Assembly: GCA_937895935.1 (NCBI GenBank) | Contig: CALBKX010000024.1 | Coordinates: forward strand, 72,728 to 136,727 | Direction of reading: 5' to 3' | DNA length: 64,000 nt | Source: an uncultured Clostridia bacterium | GTDB lineage: Bacteria > Bacillota > Clostridia > Christensenellales > UBA1242 | Shown here: positions 60,697 through 64,000 of the stretch, one piece after another | How the letters are laid out: each line of letters opens with the position of its first letter | Position numbering within the stretch: the stretch's first letter is position 1 | Program-made: the position numbers and the translations under genes | The notes under the pieces: model-generated | Told to the model about the DNA's origin: nothing | The model's database searches: none | Seen by the model: only the letters and a program-made list of their open reading frames with translations

Positions 60697-61149
60697 CTAG
60701 ATACCTGCTACGCTTTCTACATTTTTATCCTTGAATATTTTTTCCATTTTTACAACCAATCCAGATTTTCCATTTTTTAATAATGTGACTGAGTCCATAA
60801 AACTTTCCATTACTGTAAAGCCCATACCTGAACGTTCCTCACTAGGCTTAGTTGTGTAGAAGGGTTCTCTTGCTTTATCAAAATCTTCAATACCTATACC
60901 ATTATCGATTACTTCAATGACGACACCAGATGCATATAATTTTACTTTTATTGTAATTTCACCATCTTTTAAAGGGTAGGCGTGAACTACAGCATTGGTT
61001 ACAGCCTCGCTTACAGCAGTTTTTATATCAGTTATTTCATCCATCGAAGGATTTGCTTGCACACAAAAAGCAGCGATTGCTGAACGTGAAAATCCTTCGT
61101 TTATTGATATTGCTTTAAATTTTAATTCCATTTCATTTATAACTTTCAT
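60697..61149 (-). CDS. spoIIAB: Anti-sigma F factor / serine kinase SpoIIAB
   Basis: EIKTAVSEAVTNAVVHAY N-box and DNGIGI, GMGFTVM ATP-lid motifs. Collinear with B. subtilis SpoIIAB. Confidence 0.93.
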   Translation of the reverse strand: MKVINEMELKFKAISINEGFSRSAIAAFCVQANPSMDEITDIKTAVSEAVTNAVVHAYPLKDGEITIKVKLYASGVVIEVIDNGIGIEDFDKAREPFYTTKPSEERSGMGFTVMESFMDSVTLLKNGKSGLVVKMEKIFKDKNVESVAGI

Positions 61150-61166
61150 TTTTTTCTCCTTTTTGT

Positions 61167-61475
61167 TTAAGAAATTTTTGGCATAATATCATATAGCCCT
61201 GTCATTTTAAATATTCTTTCTGCATGACTTGACGGATTACATATAAATATAGGTATGTTTTTGTCTTTAAGTTTTTTATATCTTCCAACTAAAACACCTA
61301 TACCTGTACTATCCATAAAATCCAGTTCAGATAAATCAATAATAACTTGATTGAAATTAGGTTTACTAAAAATATCATCTAAATTAATTCTAGTTTGGTA
61401 GGCACTATGTTCATCAAGCTCACCACTTAAAATTACATATAGTGTATTTTCATAAATTCTATTTTTTATTTCCAT
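61167..61475 (-). CDS. spoIIAA: Anti-anti-sigma factor SpoIIAA (STAS domain)
   Basis: STAS fold with the phosphorylatable serine motif DFMDSTGIGVLVG; AAGGAG RBS. Confidence 0.9.
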   Translation of the reverse strand: MEIKNRIYENTLYVILSGELDEHSAYQTRINLDDIFSKPNFNQVIIDLSELDFMDSTGIGVLVGRYKKLKDKNIPIFICNPSSHAERIFKMTGLYDIMPKIS

Positions 61476-61523
61476 ACTTCCTCCTTATATTGGTTAAATT
61501 TTAACATAAGCAATTTATAGAAA

Positions 61524-61562
61524 TTTGACAGAGTAGTATGAAAAATGGAATATTATGTCAAA
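61524..61562. promoter_or_regulatory. Pair of inverted Spo0A-box-like heptamers upstream of spoIIAA
   Basis: TGTCAAA on the minus strand (61530-61524) and on the plus strand (61556-61562). Each has one mismatch to the TGTCGAA 0A box. Confidence 0.3.
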
Positions 61563-61982
61563 AATCTAATTAAGACTAAGGTTCTTTATTTTTAAGTACA
61601 TTCATAAACTAAAAATTTTTATATACCAAATAAAATATTCTTTCTTGAACATTTTAGACTTATAATATTTTTAAATGGTATGTTTTGGAAGTATAGAGCA
61701 TAAATGATGTATTTTATTGCATATGCGCAAGTATTCGATTGAAGATATGTAACTATACATTAAGTTTAAATCCATTTTTAAGTTGTTTAACGCCAACAGC
61801 AACAATAAATCAAGGTGTCAGAATTTGAATGAAATATCAGTTTATGACAATTATACTTTTTTGTTTGCTGGCTACTTTCAATATCATAGGGTATTTTAAA
61901 GGTTATTAAAATTTGTTTTTAATAAGAATCATCCTCTTAAAAAAATATTTCAAAAAAAATTTTGAAAATGTTAAAAAAAATG

Positions 61983-62011
61983 TTGACATTATTTTAATTT
62001 TATAATAATAT
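61983..62011 (+). promoter_or_regulatory. Sigma-A promoter of the tRNA operon with an A/T-rich UP-like region
   Basis: TTGACA (61983-61988), 17 nt, TAATAT (62006-62011). Long A-tracts immediately upstream. Confidence 0.55.
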
Positions 62012-62029
62012 ATCAAAGTCAACATTTGA

Positions 62030-62105
62030 CGGGGTGTAGCGCAGTTGGTAGCGCACGTGGTTTGGGACCATGGGGCCGGGAGTTCGAGTCTCTTCACCCC
62101 GACCA
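62030..62105 (+). tRNA. tRNA-Pro (anticodon UGG)
   Basis: CGGGGTG...CGTGG-TTTGGGA-CCATG...GGGAG-TTCGAGT-CTCTT-CACCCCG-ACCA cloverleaf. Confidence 0.95.
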
Positions 62106-62114
62106 ATGTTTTTT

Positions 62115-62191
62115 GGGTCTTTAGCTCAGTTGGTTAGAGCTACCGGCTCATAACCGGTTGGTCCGGGGTTCGAGTCCCTGAAGACCCACCA
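62115..62191 (+). tRNA. tRNA with CAU anticodon (elongator Met, or lysidine-modified Ile2; close to my recollection of the Bacillus Ile2 sequence)
   Basis: GGGTCTT...ACCGG-CTCATAA-CCGGT...CGGGG-TTCGAGT-CCCTG-AAGACCC-ACCA. Confidence 0.9.
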
Positions 62192-62221
62192 AAAAATGTT
62201 TGGTAGTTGATAAGCCTTTTT

Positions 62222-62298
62222 GGCTCGGTAGTTCAGTTGGTTAGAACGCTAGCCTGTCACGCTAGAGGTCGTGGGTTCGAACCCCATCCGAGTCGCCA
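62222..62298 (+). tRNA. tRNA-Asp (anticodon GUC)
   Basis: GGCTCGG...CTAGC-CTGTCAC-GCTAG...GTGGG-TTCGAAC-CCCAT-CCGAGTC-GCCA. Confidence 0.95.
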
Positions 62299-62350
62299 GA
62301 TAATTTTAATTATCAATTAGCATTACATATAACATGTAATGCTACAGTAT

Positions 62351-62426
62351 GCCTCGGTAGCTCAGTCGGTAGAGCAAGGGACTGAAAATCCCTGTGTCGG
62401 TGGTTCGATTCCGCCCCGCGGCACCA
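62351..62426 (+). tRNA. tRNA-Phe (anticodon GAA); acceptor stem carries a U4-C69 mismatch
   Basis: GCCTCGG-TA-GCTC-AGTCGGTA-GAGC-A-AGGGA-CTGAAAA-TCCCT-GTGTC-GGTGG-TTCGATT-CCGCC-CCGCGGC-ACCA. Confidence 0.93.
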
Positions 62427-62592
62427 TGCAGCGGTAGGAATAAACACCGACTTAAGGGATTTCTTATAAATCTCCTGCAAGGCGAGTGGTAAGTCCGCCC
62501 CGCGGCACCATGCAGCGGTAGGAATAAACACCGACTTAAGGGATTTCTTATAAATCTCCTGCAAGGCGAGTGGTAAGTCCGCCCCGCGGCAC
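62411..62592 (+). repeat. Exact 84-bp tandem direct repeat (2 full copies plus a 14-nt third copy) seeded on the 3' end of tRNA-Phe
   Basis: 62411-62494 is identical to 62495-62578. 62579-62592 repeats CCGCCCCGCGGCAC, then diverges. With the preceding T, the shared core is TCCGCCCCGCGGCAC. Confidence 0.97.
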
Positions 62593-62804
62593 ACAAAGGT
62601 AATAATTTCCTTTAAGTTTTTAAATCATGTAGTTATTGTTACCGTGCACCAAGCGACAAAAAATAATTTTTACACAAATTTAGTGAATTTACTTTTAGCT
62701 TGGTAAAACAAAAAACGACACATACCTCCCCTAATTATATAATACATTTTATTGGTAATTTTAGATGTTTTGGTGTTGTTTTTATCTAAATATAAACCAA
62801 TTAT

Positions 62805-62880
<76 letters not shown>

Positions 62881-62932
62881 TTAAATTTGATGTTGGAGCA
62901 AATAAATAACTATCTCATCAAATTTTTATTTT

Positions 62933-63018
62933 GGGTAGGTTGCAGAGCGGCCAAATGCTACGGACTGTAAATCCGTCGACTTACGTCTTCGGTGGTTCGA
63001 ATCCACCCCTGCCCACCA
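62933..63018 (+). tRNA. tRNA-Tyr (anticodon GUA), long variable arm
   Basis: GGGTAGG...CGGA-CTGTAAA-TCCG..., variable arm, GGTGG-TTCGAAT-CCACC-CCTGCCC-ACCA. Confidence 0.93.
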
Positions 63019-63028
63019 AATAGGAAAG

Positions 63029-63076
63029 TGCCTCAAAGCCTTAATTTAAAAGGTTTTGAGGCATTTAATTTTTTTA
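63029..63076 (+). terminator. Rho-independent terminator of the tRNA operon
   Basis: TGCCTCAAAGCC (63029-63040) pairs with GGTTTTGAGGCA (63052-63063), followed by a T-rich run. Confidence 0.85.
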
Positions 63077-63401
63077 ACGATTTTTAAATGAAATAGTAGT
63101 TCCGCGAGCATAATTTGGTGTCAAATTATTTTTTATATAATAATTACTAATTTCTTAAGCGGTAAATAGAGAAGAATGTCACAATATTTGCTTCATTAAT
63201 TGCTAATATTTTCTTTACTTGCACACTTTAAGCAATTCTTGTTTCAATAATAAACATTTTGTCAGCTTTTCACAACTTTAGCATCTTTTTGTTTAACTAA
63301 GATTGCCATTTTCTTGGCAGGGTAGAAAAAAGTTTTTGTCAAACTTTTATTTTTATTAACTTTTCATTTTAAGCAAATATATATTCTTAACTATTATTAC
63401 T

Positions 63402-64000
63402 TTAGTCTTTTAATTGTTCAATTTTTGGGTCATTTTGATTATCTACAAAATGGTCTTCATTATCGTCTTCATCTAATATTTTTTTTGAAATATTAGATTT
63501 TTTGATATCTTTTTTGCTAAATTTCTTCTGCTTAGATGTAGGTTCATTTATATTTTCTTTATTTGTTTGATTATCTCTTTCTTCATCAAAATTCTTTTGT
63601 TCTTTATTTAAATCTTTTCTTGATCTATAGGTATCAATATTTTTATATGTTCCAAAAGTATTTATATTAGGATAAAGGTAACCATTCCCATATGGAAGTC
63701 CATAACCATTCATACCAAATCCATTCATCCCATAGCCGTTCATTCCATAGCCATTTGGATACATTCCATTAGGATATCCATTAAAGCCATTTATCCCATA
63801 GCCAAAATTGCCAAAATTAGGATTGTTCATTCCATAGCCCGGGTTATAATTTTTTAAATAATTATCTGGATTATAAACGGGGTTGTTTCTATAATCTCCA
63901 TATATATTTGTGCCTGCGTTTTCGTAAGTGTCGATATTTTTTGTAATACAAGTTTTTGCTGTTACATTTTGCTCTTCGACATCTTTTTCAAAAATATAAT
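63402..64000 (-). CDS. Asn/Gly/Tyr-rich repeat protein with a Lys/Asp/Glu-rich C-terminal tail; 5' end runs off the window
   Basis: The reading frame stays open upstream of the listed ATG (63830) to the window edge (..FEKDVEEQNVTAKTCITKNIDTYENAGTNIYGDYRNNPVYNPDNYLKNYNPGYG-MNNPNF..). GMNG[YF] pentapeptide repeats. Confidence 0.6.
   Translation of the reverse strand, partial: YIFEKDVEEQNVTAKTCITKNIDTYENAGTNIYGDYRNNPVYNPDNYLKNYNPGYGMNNPNFGNFGYGINGFNGYPNGMYPNGYGMNGYGMNGFGMNGYGLPYGNGYLYPNINTFGTYKNIDTYRSRKDLNKEQKNFDEERDNQTNKENINEPTSKQKKFSKKDIKKSNISKKILDEDDNEDHFVDNQNDPKIEQLKD

Noticed and set aside
61829-61909. 26-aa hydrophobic small ORF (MKYQFMTIILFCLLATFNIIGYFKGY) with an AAGGTG 11 nt upstream, in the spoIIAA-tRNA intergenic region; type I toxin-like
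   Set aside because: Short hydrophobic ORFs arise easily by chance in DNA this AT-rich. There is no visible antisense RNA, promoter or terminator. It is recorded only as a possibility.
61906-62106. 66-aa minus-strand ORF
   Set aside because: It overlaps tRNA-Pro and the tRNA-operon promoter. It is low complexity and has no RBS.
62411-62592. Possible miniature CRISPR array (repeat-spacer-repeat-spacer-repeat)
   Set aside because: The two 'spacers' are identical to each other, the 'repeat' is the tRNA-Phe 3' end, there are only about 2.2 units, and no cas genes or leader are present. It is a tandem duplication, not a CRISPR array.
62313-62596. Two minus-strand ORFs (93 and 84 aa) with internally repeated peptides (e.g. 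CRGADLPLALQEIYKKSLKSVFIPTAAW x2)
   Set aside because: They are read straight across tRNA-Phe and the 84-bp tandem repeat. The peptide repetition simply mirrors the DNA repeat. There is no RBS, and they overlap a tRNA gene.

Overview
This is a very AT-rich, tightly packed chromosomal segment from a low-GC, endospore-forming Bacillota-type bacterium. It uses the standard genetic code, with TGA as a stop (e.g. miaB). The spoIIAA-spoIIAB-sigF operon, a SpoIIIE/FtsK translocase and a NodB-type deacetylase are all present. Most of the window is core housekeeping in familiar Firmicute synteny: T-box-thrS, alr, rsmD, plsX-rnc-smc-ftsY, rpsO-pnp, ftsK, rimO-pgsA-cinA-like-recA, a class A PBP, miaB-mutS-X-mutL-miaA, lexA, T-box-pheST, cysteine desulfurase-thiI, rny, an antiporter plus mgtC, and the sigF operon. 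There is also a tRNA operon (Pro, CAU, Asp, Phe, Thr, Tyr) and an isolated tRNA-Leu. I found no rRNA, CRISPR array, transposase, integrase or recognisable canonical defence system. The observations most worth a second look are as follows. (1) An exact 84-bp tandem repeat is seeded on the 3' end of tRNA-Phe, and its units have a tRNA-like acceptor helix and ACCA tail. (2) An uncharacterised membrane and zinc-ribbon gene is wedged, translationally tight, between mutS and mutL. (3) A glpK-SCP2-FeADH-YhhN(lysoplasmalogenase family) operon suggests ether-lipid turnover. (4) A small accessory islet around tRNA-Leu carries two paralogous ~125-aa proteins, one coupled to a tiny toxin-like ORF, plus a HAMP class III cyclase. 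(5) A non-canonical SOS-box variant is shared by recA and lexA, with its core also at the miaB-mutS promoter. (6) Three genes have promoter geometry predicting leaderless mRNAs. All functional calls rest on motif recognition by eye and on synteny. No database search was run.
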